From Nitrospirota bacterium (GTDB taxonomy: Bacteria > Nitrospirota > Thermodesulfovibrionia > Thermodesulfovibrionales > Magnetobacteriaceae): a stretch of DNA of 64,000 bases. Location: the NCBI GenBank assembly GCA_039908505.1, contig JAMOAZ010000007.1:22317-86316 (forward strand), given 5' to 3'. The stretch's first letter is position 1. Each line of letters begins with the position of its first letter. This document shows positions 36,697 to 46,315 of the stretch, in pieces. The translations under genes were made by a program, and so were the position numbers. The notes beneath the pieces were generated by a model, which saw only the letters and a program-made list of their open reading frames with translations, made no database searches and was not told the DNA's origin.

Positions 36697-37506
36697 ATGG
36701 ACGAGCAGTCGAAAAATCACGGGAAAGTCTTTGGCAAGCTGTGGGACAGTATACATGGCGGGTATTTTTCTAATAAAGAAGTGGCGGACCATATGGTTTC
36801 AGCCGTCCTCAGCCGCATAAACCCTCTGTCACCGCCCACCACAATCGCAGACCTCGGCGGTGGAACCGGCTTTGTTCTGAAAGAACTTGCCGCCAGATTA
36901 AACACACTCCCAATTCACCCAGATCGCCCGATTCGCCCAATTCATCTAATTAACATAGACACATCAAGCTCACAGTTAAGCGCAAGCGCAGCCGGGCAAA
37001 TCTGTACAATCCACTGTCCTGTTGAGGATGTTGCGCGGGAGACGCTGCTGTCAGAAAACGGCACACTGCTATTTATAATGCGCTTTGTGCTGCATTACTT
37101 TGGCAGAGACGGCATAGAAAACGCCCTGCTGCATATCAGGCGACAGATGCGCCCAGGGGAGTGTTTTATCCACCAAACCGCATGTTTTGAAGCCACCGCC
37201 CACGCCGCTCTTTTAAATGAACTCTTTCGGAGCACCGGCCTTGACAAATGGTTCCCGTCTGTCCATGAACTAAGCGGTATACTAAGTGCCAGTGGTTTTA
37301 CCCAGATACTGATTAAAGATATGCCGGCCTTGCCTGTAACCTCACGCGATTTTGCTGAAAGATATGACATCGACGATAAAAAACTATTGGAGATAGGCCA
37401 GAATATCAGGGCCAGAGATGGTGATGTTCCCGGAGTTTTTGAAAGCAATGGTCGTGAGTTTACGTTTTATCTCCACTGCCGGATATTTATCTCCGAGGCG
37501 GTGTAA
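36697..37506 (+). CDS. Class I SAM-dependent methyltransferase (small-molecule type)
   Basis: IADLGGGTG SAM motif, NIDTS, MRFVLHY. Confidence 0.85.
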   Translation: MDEQSKNHGKVFGKLWDSIHGGYFSNKEVADHMVSAVLSRINPLSPPTTIADLGGGTGFVLKELAARLNTLPIHPDRPIRPIHLINIDTSSSQLSASAAGQICTIHCPVEDVARETLLSENGTLLFIMRFVLHYFGRDGIENALLHIRRQMRPGECFIHQTACFEATAHAALLNELFRSTGLDKWFPSVHELSGILSASGFTQILIKDMPALPVTSRDFAERYDIDDKKLLEIGQNIRARDGDVPGVFESNGREFTFYLHCRIFISEAV

Positions 37507-37595
37507 TACATGAGATGCAGCTCATGACACATGAAAACCTGCCCCCCTCATTCTGTTATTTGACACATCATCTCAGTTAAAGGTAGAATATCACT

Positions 37596-38120
37596 ATGGA
37601 AATGCTTACAATCGAACGAGATTTAGATTTAACGGAGATAATCAACGGGGAGGAAGTTGTGACGCCAAGCCCATCGTGGATACATCAGGAAATTAGCGCT
37701 AATCTATTCAGAAAAATAGATGCTCACGTAGAACAAAAAGGTTTGGGACGGGTTTATTACTCTCCACTAGACGTGATATTCGAGGATGGTACAAACCGTC
37801 TTCAACCGGATTTGTTGTTTATTTGTAAAAAAAACAGACCTGCTGTTATCACAGACTGGGTACGCATCACTCCGGATATGGTATGCGAGATAGTATCACC
37901 AGGTAGTTATGACAGGGATGTGTCTGCTAAGAAGGCGATATACGAGAAATACGGTGTGTCCGAGTACTGGGTTGTCTTACCAGACTTTAGGGCTGTCGAG
38001 GTCTTAATCATTAACAACGCTAAGTATGTAAGACATTCATACGCAGAGCTTGAGGGCATTGTTACGTCAAAAGTTATTGAGGGCCTGCAAGTGAATATTA
38101 AAGATATATTCGAAGACTAA
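37596..38120 (+). CDS. Uma2-family endonuclease-like protein
   Basis: EIINGE..PSP..HQ, LQPDLLF, PDMVCEIVSPG, KKAIYEKYGVSEYWVV. Confidence 0.93.
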   Translation: MEMLTIERDLDLTEIINGEEVVTPSPSWIHQEISANLFRKIDAHVEQKGLGRVYYSPLDVIFEDGTNRLQPDLLFICKKNRPAVITDWVRITPDMVCEIVSPGSYDRDVSAKKAIYEKYGVSEYWVVLPDFRAVEVLIINNAKYVRHSYAELEGIVTSKVIEGLQVNIKDIFED

Positions 38121-38165
38121 TCCTTTCGTGCTGGCGGCTGGCGGATAATATTGCTGTGGATAATA

Positions 38166-39659
38166 TTATTGAATAGCGTCTCTGGGTGGTATGGGCGTGT
38201 TTGCCCCGTCGTCATAGCGATCAACATCAAGCGTATAGCGCCTGAGGTTGTCAAAATCATGGTCGTCACCCTGCTTTACAGCGTTAGGCGCGGGTTTAAA
38301 ACCGCTAGCTGACACCGTTTTTGCTACTGTGTCCGCTATGGCGTTAACGATTAAGTCATAACCCTCCTTATTAAGATGGCAGCATGAGTCAATATATACC
38401 TGTGTTTTGACTGCTTTAAACATTAATGTCAAATCGGTGAAATTAACCCCCGCCTTATGCAGCCCCACACCCCCGGCACGCATATATGGAAACCCACGTT
38501 CGACTTCCTGCTTAAATGGGGATGATGTGGCAAGCGCCACTGATACCTCCTCTGCTGACAGAGGCTTGCTGCCAATAAAATATTGATTCGGCTGAAGAAA
38601 TTGAAAATACATACCCCCCTGATTTGCTATCAGGTTGTTTAACATAACAGAGCTTCTTTGCCAGTGCCTTACTATGTCGATATATAGGTCTCGTACCGTT
38701 TTATATTGCTGGTCAGTACCCAGGAACGCAGTCCCGCACTGTGTCGAACGTATCTTGTGAAGCTCACCTACATCGCCAGAGACTATGAGTTTTGTCAGCG
38801 CTGCCTCACTTGCCTCTTTCTTTTGCTTGGCTCCAGCATCGAGTACCTTCCACATCAGATTTCCTGTGGCTGTGTGGGAAGGCAGCCATGAGGAAAATAT
38901 TAAAGAGGCATCTGTTCGGCGTTTTTCAGCCAGCGCTATCATGGCCATGGCAATCTCCTGGTCTTTTGATATCTTTCTCTCCGTCAGGGTTCTCCAGCCG
39001 CGCGGGAAATGAAACGGTATACCGTCCTGAATGTTATGGTGGGCAAGTGGGAGGACTATTTCGTTAAATCCATCAAGGTTAATAAGAATGTCAAAATTGC
39101 CGCCCTGCGCGATGATGTCAGAGACGACATGCAGTTGTTGGGGTTGTTTGTATGCCAGACTTGCTATATTTATTAGTATCACCTTTCTGCCCTTAAACTC
39201 TGGAATTTCACTCAGGTGTTTTACCAGTGTATCTTCCGCCAGCACCGTCATAACTGTGGCTACCGAGCCACCCGTAACGCCGACCAACAAGTTCTGTTCA
39301 CTTCTTTGCTGCACGGGGTCATTTTTGCCAAAAAAGCCATACCTGTTTCTGTCGATTTTGATTTTATCGAGTCCGATGATGTTTTTAAGACGCTCATCAG
39401 GGATTTCATCCAGCACATAACCATAATACGGGTGTAACAGATGAAATAACTTGACAGCGGGTATGTTCATGTTGCCAGCATCCGTGCGCATGGATTTGAT
39501 TATACCATGTCGATCGTTTTCTAACTGCTCAAAAGACATCCACGACTTGTATATCACTCTGTATGTAACATAAGAGGACAGCTCAACAAAGGCAGTTACC
39601 GCTGATATTAAGATTGCGTAAAGCAGCGCCTGCCTTAGTGTTTTGTTTGATTGGGACAT
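38166..39659 (-). CDS. Membrane-anchored SGNH/GDSL-like hydrolase-fold protein
   Basis: N-terminal TM; GVTGGSVA, NLDGFNE, FLQPNQY, YIDSCCHLN (DxxH-like). Confidence 0.65.
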   Translation of the reverse strand: MSQSNKTLRQALLYAILISAVTAFVELSSYVTYRVIYKSWMSFEQLENDRHGIIKSMRTDAGNMNIPAVKLFHLLHPYYGYVLDEIPDERLKNIIGLDKIKIDRNRYGFFGKNDPVQQRSEQNLLVGVTGGSVATVMTVLAEDTLVKHLSEIPEFKGRKVILINIASLAYKQPQQLHVVSDIIAQGGNFDILINLDGFNEIVLPLAHHNIQDGIPFHFPRGWRTLTERKISKDQEIAMAMIALAEKRRTDASLIFSSWLPSHTATGNLMWKVLDAGAKQKKEASEAALTKLIVSGDVGELHKIRSTQCGTAFLGTDQQYKTVRDLYIDIVRHWQRSSVMLNNLIANQGGMYFQFLQPNQYFIGSKPLSAEEVSVALATSSPFKQEVERGFPYMRAGGVGLHKAGVNFTDLTLMFKAVKTQVYIDSCCHLNKEGYDLIVNAIADTVAKTVSASGFKPAPNAVKQGDDHDFDNLRRYTLDVDRYDDGANTPIPPRDAIQ

Positions 39660-39704
39660 TCTTTAGTCAACTACTATTTGCTACCAGTATTTGTTTCTAG
39701 GCAC

Positions 39705-40193
39705 TTACCGGCCACAGTCCGACGTACCGCCCTTGATTTTCTCTATCGCATGAGGCAGGACATCCAGTATTACGGCGAGGTTTTCCCTTACTGCCTTTAC
39801 ACTTCCCGGCAGGTTTACTATTAATGAGCTGCCGCGCGTGCCTGCCACAGCCCGGGAGAGCATAGAGCGGCGTGTCGCCTTAAGACCCTCGGCACGCATT
39901 GTCTCCCCTATGCCGGGTATCTCCTTATCTACCACCTCAAGCGTGGCATCAGGTGTTACATCGCGTGGTGAAAGCCCCGTACCGCCGGTTGTTATCACAA
40001 GGTCAACCTTTTGTGTCAATTCGATTAGTCGTGCCTTGATTTGTTCCTTTTCATCGGGGATTATTTCAGTAAAGAGAACCTCAGCCCCGATTCCCCTGAG
40101 TAATTCACATACGACCGGGCCGCCTTCGTCTACGCGCTGCCCTGTTGAGCCTTTGTCACTGATTGTCAGTACTGCTGCGGTTATGCCTGTCAT
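39705..40193 (-). CDS. mog: Molybdopterin adenylyltransferase MogA/MoaB family
   Basis: LTISDKG..DEGG, TTGGTGLSPRDVTPDAT, SRAVAG, NLPGS. Confidence 0.92.
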   Translation of the reverse strand: MTGITAAVLTISDKGSTGQRVDEGGPVVCELLRGIGAEVLFTEIIPDEKEQIKARLIELTQKVDLVITTGGTGLSPRDVTPDATLEVVDKEIPGIGETMRAEGLKATRRSMLSRAVAGTRGSSLIVNLPGSVKAVRENLAVILDVLPHAIEKIKGGTSDCGR

Positions 40194-40651
40194 TTTATCA
40201 TCACTTTATCGCCTGGCATAATTTCCCCGCCCTCTATGACACGCACAAAAATTCCCTCAGAGGGCATTACACAGTCCCCGGCCTGATAATATATCGCGCA
40301 TCTGTTGTGACACTCCTTGCCGATTTGTGTTATCTCGACCTCGACTGACCCTCCGATAGTCATCCGCGTACCTATGGGCAGTGTGGGAAGCGGTATCCCT
40401 TCTGTTGTGATGTTCTCAGCAAAGTCGCCGCAGTCAACGTCAAGGCCCATTGCCTGCATTTTTATTATACTTTCTATGGCAAGCAGACTGACCTGCCTGT
40501 GCCACTGCCCTGAGGCGTGGGCATCTCCTTCGATGCCAAAGTTTGCTATCAGCACAGCCGATTTGACAGGTGTCTTTCTCTCACCCTTTCCTTTGCTGGT
40601 GTTTACTGAGACTATTTTGCCAGTTCTTCCGCTCACTATTAATATTAACAC
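40190..40651 (-). CDS. MOSC domain protein
   Basis: GIEGDAHA..HRQVSLLAIES, GDFAENIT, TQIGKECH..C, MPSEGIF; true start may be the GTG near 40636. Confidence 0.9.
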   Translation of the reverse strand: MLILIVSGRTGKIVSVNTSKGKGERKTPVKSAVLIANFGIEGDAHASGQWHRQVSLLAIESIIKMQAMGLDVDCGDFAENITTEGIPLPTLPIGTRMTIGGSVEVEITQIGKECHNRCAIYYQAGDCVMPSEGIFVRVIEGGEIMPGDKVMIK

Positions 40652-40704
40652 AATATGGACAGTTTTTTGTCGATAATTTATGATACAATTGTGTCTTGCG
40701 GTAC

Positions 40705-40713
40705 TGCTATAAT
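40705..40713 (+). promoter_or_regulatory. Extended -10 promoter for the FG-GAP/uppS operon
   Basis: TG-C-TATAAT. Confidence 0.6.
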
Positions 40714-40746
40714 GTGAGGACTAAAATTTGAGAGGGGTGGCCTAAT

Positions 40747-42486
40747 ATGACTAAAGATACGACCCAAGATATCAAGATTTCGGCATATGCCGTTGTGATT
40801 GCTTTGTGCCAGGTCTTATACCTGCTAACATTTATTAACGGCGCATTCGGGGCTGTTGGGGGATATGATGACCCACTGAAACCACTTACCGATAAAACAG
40901 TCAAATTTTTTAACCCGCTCACACTAAAAGTTGATGCTGTCAAAGGCACTGCCCTCACCCTCAGAGGTGACACATCAGAAAAGGCCGTACCAGGTACCAG
41001 ATTTGAAATCTTCAGACAAGGCGCCATGTTCTATCACCCTGTCACGAACGAACCGCTTGGACATTTCGAGGACTTCATTGGCTCAATTGAGATAACAGGC
41101 GTAAAACCTGACGGCGAGACGGCGGCAAGTCTCATAAAAGGCACTCCAAAAAAAGGCGATATTGCACGCCTGTCTAAGTCAAAGATCAGGGCGCTGTTCT
41201 ACCAGGACAAGTCCATCGATTGGTTCCTCGGTGATGTTTACTACAGACAGCTCAAACAAAGCGGCCGCTTCGAGCTTATCGACACGGCTATAGATGCTGA
41301 AAACACCGCCGCACTGTTTGAGGAGGCAAAAAAGCTGGGCGCCGATGTGCTTATCCTGATTGAAGGCTCAAAAAAAGATGAGATCAGGGATGAGAACAAA
41401 TACCTGAAGCAGCGCATCTACTGGGTCTCTGATAAAAAGGAAGTGTCTTCAGATACCGTAGCAATATCAGAGACATATCTTCAGGATGTCATTGCTGCGG
41501 CAGACATATTCCTGTCCGCGATGAATGAACCGGTTCTTACGTATCGTATGCCCATTGGGTATGACCTGATGACAATAGGCAATATCAACGGCGGCAGTGA
41601 TGTGGACCTTATCTTCAGCACTGGCTCTGACCTTGCAGTTTACAAGCCCGGCGTTGATATGAACAAGATAATGGAACTCAAGGGTGACAAGATGAGCGAT
41701 AACGTATATATTGACGTTATAGATATAAACAAAGACGGCAGAGACGAAATCATAGTAACTGCAATGGCCTATGACGGCGCAAGGGCGTTTATCTATGGAG
41801 TTGAGGGCGGGCAGCTTAAGTTGTTGTGGAAGGCCAGCGGCTTTTTAAGGGTATATGGCAATAAACTCCTGTTTCAGCGCTACACCCCCAGAGAAGGACA
41901 AGTCGGCAATGTTGACTATATAGTTTGGGACAGCAATCATTTCAAAGAGGAAGGACAGTTAAAACTGCCATCCGGGGTTAATCTCTATGATTTTGTCTAT
42001 CTTGCACCCGCCGCAGAGGACGCTAAATCTGAACCCGTGACATTATTCTACGACAACGCTAACCACCTCGTTGTGAAGAACTCCGCCGGGACACGCATCT
42101 GGCGCAGCAAGGGCAGCATGGGCGGCTTTATCAGGGAGTACAATATCCCTGGCCCGACTATCATGGTAGAAGGAGGCAAGTGGCACATAAGCGACAAGAT
42201 GTTCCTGTATCATAAAAAAGGCATTGTTATCAGGAGAATCCCGTTTGCCCTGACCTCGGCGTCATTGGGTTATAAGAAATCATATATAATGAGCTACGGG
42301 TTTAACGGTATCTCAGTCGAAGAGAACACACTTGTCGGTGCGGTAGCTGGGAATATAATAGACTATACGATATACAAAGACAGGATTTATGTATTAGCAA
42401 GACCAATACTGGGGCTTAATCTGTCTGGGATGCTCAAGGGAGAAAACCCCCTTGTGACCAATCTGTTTATATATAAATTGTTATAG
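40747..42486 (+). CDS. Exported protein with FG-GAP/VCBS-like repeats
   Basis: N-terminal TM/signal; GNINGGSDVDLIF, IDINKDGRDEIIV; beta-rich C-terminal half. Confidence 0.7.
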   Translation: MTKDTTQDIKISAYAVVIALCQVLYLLTFINGAFGAVGGYDDPLKPLTDKTVKFFNPLTLKVDAVKGTALTLRGDTSEKAVPGTRFEIFRQGAMFYHPVTNEPLGHFEDFIGSIEITGVKPDGETAASLIKGTPKKGDIARLSKSKIRALFYQDKSIDWFLGDVYYRQLKQSGRFELIDTAIDAENTAALFEEAKKLGADVLILIEGSKKDEIRDENKYLKQRIYWVSDKKEVSSDTVAISETYLQDVIAAADIFLSAMNEPVLTYRMPIGYDLMTIGNINGGSDVDLIFSTGSDLAVYKPGVDMNKIMELKGDKMSDNVYIDVIDINKDGRDEIIVTAMAYDGARAFIYGVEGGQLKLLWKASGFLRVYGNKLLFQRYTPREGQVGNVDYIVWDSNHFKEEGQLKLPSGVNLYDFVYLAPAAEDAKSEPVTLFYDNANHLVVKNSAGTRIWRSKGSMGGFIREYNIPGPTIMVEGGKWHISDKMFLYHKKGIVIRRIPFALTSASLGYKKSYIMSYGFNGISVEENTLVGAVAGNIIDYTIYKDRIYVLARPILGLNLSGMLKGENPLVTNLFIYKLL

Positions 42487-42502
42487 GGAGCTGGAGGTTT
42501 AA

Positions 42503-43216
42503 TTGACAGACCATACCATACCCAAACATGTGGGTATAATAATGGACGGTAACGGCAGGTGGGCCAACCAAAGGGGTATGCCGCGCGTTGAAGGACACCG
42601 TAAAGGGGCAGGGCGGACAAAGGAGATAATAGAAGCCGCCGCCGACTTAGGCATTAAAACCCTTACCCTCTATGCCTTTTCAATAGAAAACTGGAAGAGA
42701 CCGCATGACGAAGTTATAACATTGATGGACCTGCTCGATTTTTATCTTAAAACCGAAATTGAAGACCTGTTAAACAAGGGGCTGGTCTTTAAGGTTATCG
42801 GCAACAAGGAAAAACTCCCCGACAACATACAGTATCTGGTGGAAGAGGCAGAGCGTATAACCGGCAGTAACACCGGCATGAACCTGATGATGGCAATCAG
42901 CTACGGCGGCAGGGATGAGATAGTCAGGGCAGTAAAGAGATTCATCGAAAAAGGCGGCGACATGGACGAGGTAAACGAGGAATCCTTTGAGGAAAACCTT
43001 GATACCGGAGGCGTAACACCGGTGGATTTGATAATCAGAACAGGCGGTGAAAAGAGAATCAGCAATTTCCTTGTCTGGCAGGCCGCGTATGCCGAGTTGT
43101 TTTTCACTGATACGCTGTGGCCGGATTTTACGAAAGAGGAATTCATCTATGCCATCGAAGACTATAAGCTCAGGCAGCGGCGCTTTGGTATGATTCCCGA
43201 TAAGGCTGAAACATAA
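42503..43216 (+). CDS. uppS: Undecaprenyl diphosphate synthase
   Basis: HVGIIMDGNGRWA, YAFSIENWKRP, DLIIRTGGEKRISNFLVWQ. Confidence 0.97.
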   Translation: MTDHTIPKHVGIIMDGNGRWANQRGMPRVEGHRKGAGRTKEIIEAAADLGIKTLTLYAFSIENWKRPHDEVITLMDLLDFYLKTEIEDLLNKGLVFKVIGNKEKLPDNIQYLVEEAERITGSNTGMNLMMAISYGGRDEIVRAVKRFIEKGGDMDEVNEESFEENLDTGGVTPVDLIIRTGGEKRISNFLVWQAAYAELFFTDTLWPDFTKEEFIYAIEDYKLRQRRFGMIPDKAET

Positions 43217-43220
43217 TCAG

Positions 43221-44012
43221 ATGTTAAAAAGGCTCATTGTTGCAGCAATACTGCTTCCACTTCTCTATGCGTACATAATGTATCTGCCAAGCAACTATTT
43301 CCTGATACTGATGTTCATTGCGGCGTTTATTTGCATGGAGGAATTCCTCCTGATGTACGGTGTAAAGGCTCTGTACCGGCACGTATTCTCCGCAGTTGGA
43401 CTAATTCCCCTCTATATGACATATCTGTTTAACGAGATACCAGCCTATGTGTTTGCTGCGACATTCATGTTATGCACTACGATTAGGCTGTTTGACCGCA
43501 AGGGGCCGGACAACGCCCTGTTTGATATAGCCCCGTTTCTGACGGGTTTGTTTTACATACCGGTGTCTCTGAGTTATTTTATCAAACTCAGGGCAATTGG
43601 CCCGGAGATCATTATGTTTTTAATGCTTGTGATATGGGGGGCAGACAGCGCTGCCTTGTACATCGGTAAGGCTATAGGCCGAAGAAAACTCTACGAAAGC
43701 ATTAGCCCAAATAAAACAGTCGAAGGGGCAGTTGCTGCGCTCATAGGCGGGGCTGCCTCGGCGGTGATATTAAAGCTCGGCTTCAAAATCAGAATGGATT
43801 ATATGACAGCCGCAGCGATAGGCATAGTGTTGGGGGTATTTGGTATCATAGGTGATCTGATTGAGTCAATGTTTAAAAGGGAAAGAAACATCAAGGACTC
43901 TGGGAGCTTTCTGCCCGGGCATGGAGGGATGCTTGATAAAGTGGACGGGATGCTTGTGGCGGCCCCTGTGCTGTATTATTTGATATTGTTTCTTAATAAA
44001 CGTCATGGATAA
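43221..44012 (+). CDS. cdsA: Phosphatidate cytidylyltransferase
   Basis: WGADSAALYIG, ISPNKTVEG, GDLIESMFKR..IKDSG..LPGHGGMLDKVD. Confidence 0.96.
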   Translation: MLKRLIVAAILLPLLYAYIMYLPSNYFLILMFIAAFICMEEFLLMYGVKALYRHVFSAVGLIPLYMTYLFNEIPAYVFAATFMLCTTIRLFDRKGPDNALFDIAPFLTGLFYIPVSLSYFIKLRAIGPEIIMFLMLVIWGADSAALYIGKAIGRRKLYESISPNKTVEGAVAALIGGAASAVILKLGFKIRMDYMTAAAIGIVLGVFGIIGDLIESMFKRERNIKDSGSFLPGHGGMLDKVDGMLVAAPVLYYLILFLNKRHG

Positions 44013-45225
44013 AGGCGGTAACGGCACAAAAAATATAACACTATTGGGAAGCACAGGCTCGATAGGGCAGAGTGCGCTTGAGGCTGTCAGAAACTCTGGC
44101 GGCAGATTCAAGGTAGTCTCCCTTGCCGCCAATAAGAGTGTGGAATTGTTAAAGCAGCAAATCCTTGAGTTCAGGCCAGAGATAGCGGCAGTTGCAGACG
44201 AACACAGCGCCATAGCGCTAAGACAGTGGGTCAAAGACACCGGTATTAATGGCATTAATGACACTCATGGGAAAGTAATTAAGGTACTCAGCTCACAGGA
44301 GGGCGTCTGTGAGGCAGCGGCATACGAAAACTCTGACTTTGTCATATCTGCAATTGTCGGGGCATCCGGCCTCAGACCAACCCTTGCCGCTATCAAAGCG
44401 GGCAAGGACATAGGGCTGGCAAATAAAGAGACCCTCGTTATGGCCGGCGCTGCTGTAATGGAAGAGGTCAAAAACAATAATGTAAAGATGCTTCCTGTGG
44501 ACAGCGAACACAGCGCCATATTCCAGTGTTTGGATGGCCGCCCACAAACACATATAAGGAGGCTTATCCTGACGGCCTCCGGAGGGCCGTTTTTTGGCAG
44601 AACCAAGTACGAACTAAAAACAGTAACGGCAGCCGATGCCCTTAAGCACCCCAACTGGAGCATGGGAAATAAGATAACCGTTGACAGCGCAACCCTGATG
44701 AACAAGGGGCTTGAGGTGATAGAGGCGCACCATCTGTTTGGCTTTGCGCCCAGCTCTATAGACGTGCTAGTTCATCCGCAAAGCATAGTACACTCACTTG
44801 TGGAGCTGGTTGACGGCACTTTGCTTGGGCAGTTTTCTGTCCCTGATATGAAAGGGCCAATAGCCTATGCAATGGCATATCCAGACAGGATGGAAAACGT
44901 GATACAGGGGCTGCGCCTTGAGGAAATCTCCGCTTTAACATTTCATAAGCCAGACACCGGGGCATTCCCGTGTCTGCCCCTTGCATATGAGGCACTAAAG
45001 GCAGGCGGCACAATGCCAGCGGCCCTGAACGCGGCAAACGAAGAGCTGGTCTGTTTGTTCTTAAACGGTATTATTAATTTTACGCAGATACCTGTTATTA
45101 TAGAAGAGGTGATGATGAGACACAACGTAGCTGAGGCCAGACTTGACGCAGTTTTTGAGGCGGATAGATGGGCAAGGCACGCTGTAAGAGAAATTGTGAA
45201 AGAAAAATATGGCGGGGGTAATTAG
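44005..45225 (+). CDS. dxr: 1-deoxy-D-xylulose-5-phosphate reductoisomerase
   Basis: LGSTGSIG, LANKETLV, PVDSEHSAIFQ, HPNWSMGNKITVDSATLMNKGLE. Confidence 0.98.
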   Translation: MDKGGNGTKNITLLGSTGSIGQSALEAVRNSGGRFKVVSLAANKSVELLKQQILEFRPEIAAVADEHSAIALRQWVKDTGINGINDTHGKVIKVLSSQEGVCEAAAYENSDFVISAIVGASGLRPTLAAIKAGKDIGLANKETLVMAGAAVMEEVKNNNVKMLPVDSEHSAIFQCLDGRPQTHIRRLILTASGGPFFGRTKYELKTVTAADALKHPNWSMGNKITVDSATLMNKGLEVIEAHHLFGFAPSSIDVLVHPQSIVHSLVELVDGTLLGQFSVPDMKGPIAYAMAYPDRMENVIQGLRLEEISALTFHKPDTGAFPCLPLAYEALKAGGTMPAALNAANEELVCLFLNGIINFTQIPVIIEEVMMRHNVAEARLDAVFEADRWARHAVREIVKEKYGGGN

Positions 45226-46308
45226 ATGACGATAGTGTACGCGGTACTGCTCTTAGGGGTATTGATATTTGTCCATGAGCTTGGGCACTTTATTTTTGCA
45301 AAGGCAGTGGGAATAAAGGTAACGAAGTTTTCTCTGGGGATGGGACCAAAGTTAATAGGCAGGAAATACGGCGACACGGAGTATGTGCTGTCGGCATTCT
45401 TGATTGGCGGCTATGTGAAGATGCACGGTGATGAGATGGCAAGCTCTGCAGATGCCCAGGATATAGAGGAAAAGGACAGGGCATTTTTTACCCAGCCAAT
45501 TTATAAGCGGGCCTTGGTGGTGGTGGCGGGGTCATTGTTCAACATACTCTTTGCGGTACTGTTGTTCAGCCTCATATTTCTTACAGGTGTGCCGAGGTAT
45601 CTCTCAGTAGTCGGCGATGTGGGAAAGGACACACCGGCAATGCGTGCAGGTCTAAAACCCGGCGACGTGATAACGCAAATAGGCACCACCCAGATACAGT
45701 ACTGGGAAGAGATGACGGAGATTATACACGAAAACCCCGGCAAACCCCTCGATTTCACAATCAAAGGGACAGACGGTACAAGCAGAAACATCACAATAAC
45801 GCCGGAGTCAAAACTGTCAAAGAATATCTTCGGTGAGGAGATACGCATGGGGCTGATTGGCATATCCCCAAGCGGAGACTCCAACAAGGTAGCTTATGGC
45901 GTCTTTGATTCCATAGTCATGGGATTTGTAAAGACATGGGAAGTAATCGTGCTGTTGCTGCTTTCTATTGTGAAACTCTTCCAGAGCGTCATACCGGCAA
46001 ACACAATAGGCGGCCCTATTATGATATTTCAGATGGCGGCCAAGCAGTCATCGGGCGGCTTTCTGAGTTTTATAATGTTCATGGCCGTAATCAGCATAAA
46101 CCTGGGCGTGTTTAACCTGTTTCCGATACCAATACTGGACGGCGGGCACATGGTCTATCTGGCTATCGAGGCACTAAGGAAGAAGCCGTTGAGTGAGCAG
46201 GCCATTGCCATATCTCAAAAAATAGGGCTGGCACTGCTGCTTATGCTGATGGCCTTTGCGATGTATAATGATGTAGTACGCATTTTTACGGGAGAAAAAC
46301 TGCCATAA
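45226..46308 (+). CDS. rseP: RIP metalloprotease RseP
   Basis: FVHELGHF, PDZ domain, NLFPIPILDGGH. Confidence 0.96.
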   Translation: MTIVYAVLLLGVLIFVHELGHFIFAKAVGIKVTKFSLGMGPKLIGRKYGDTEYVLSAFLIGGYVKMHGDEMASSADAQDIEEKDRAFFTQPIYKRALVVVAGSLFNILFAVLLFSLIFLTGVPRYLSVVGDVGKDTPAMRAGLKPGDVITQIGTTQIQYWEEMTEIIHENPGKPLDFTIKGTDGTSRNITITPESKLSKNIFGEEIRMGLIGISPSGDSNKVAYGVFDSIVMGFVKTWEVIVLLLLSIVKLFQSVIPANTIGGPIMIFQMAAKQSSGGFLSFIMFMAVISINLGVFNLFPIPILDGGHMVYLAIEALRKKPLSEQAIAISQKIGLALLLMLMAFAMYNDVVRIFTGEKLP

Positions 46309-46315
46309 CGAGAAG

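Noticed and set aside
36697-37506. DNA methyltransferase partner of the nuclease remnant
   Set aside because: Lacks DPPY/NPPY and PC catalytic motifs
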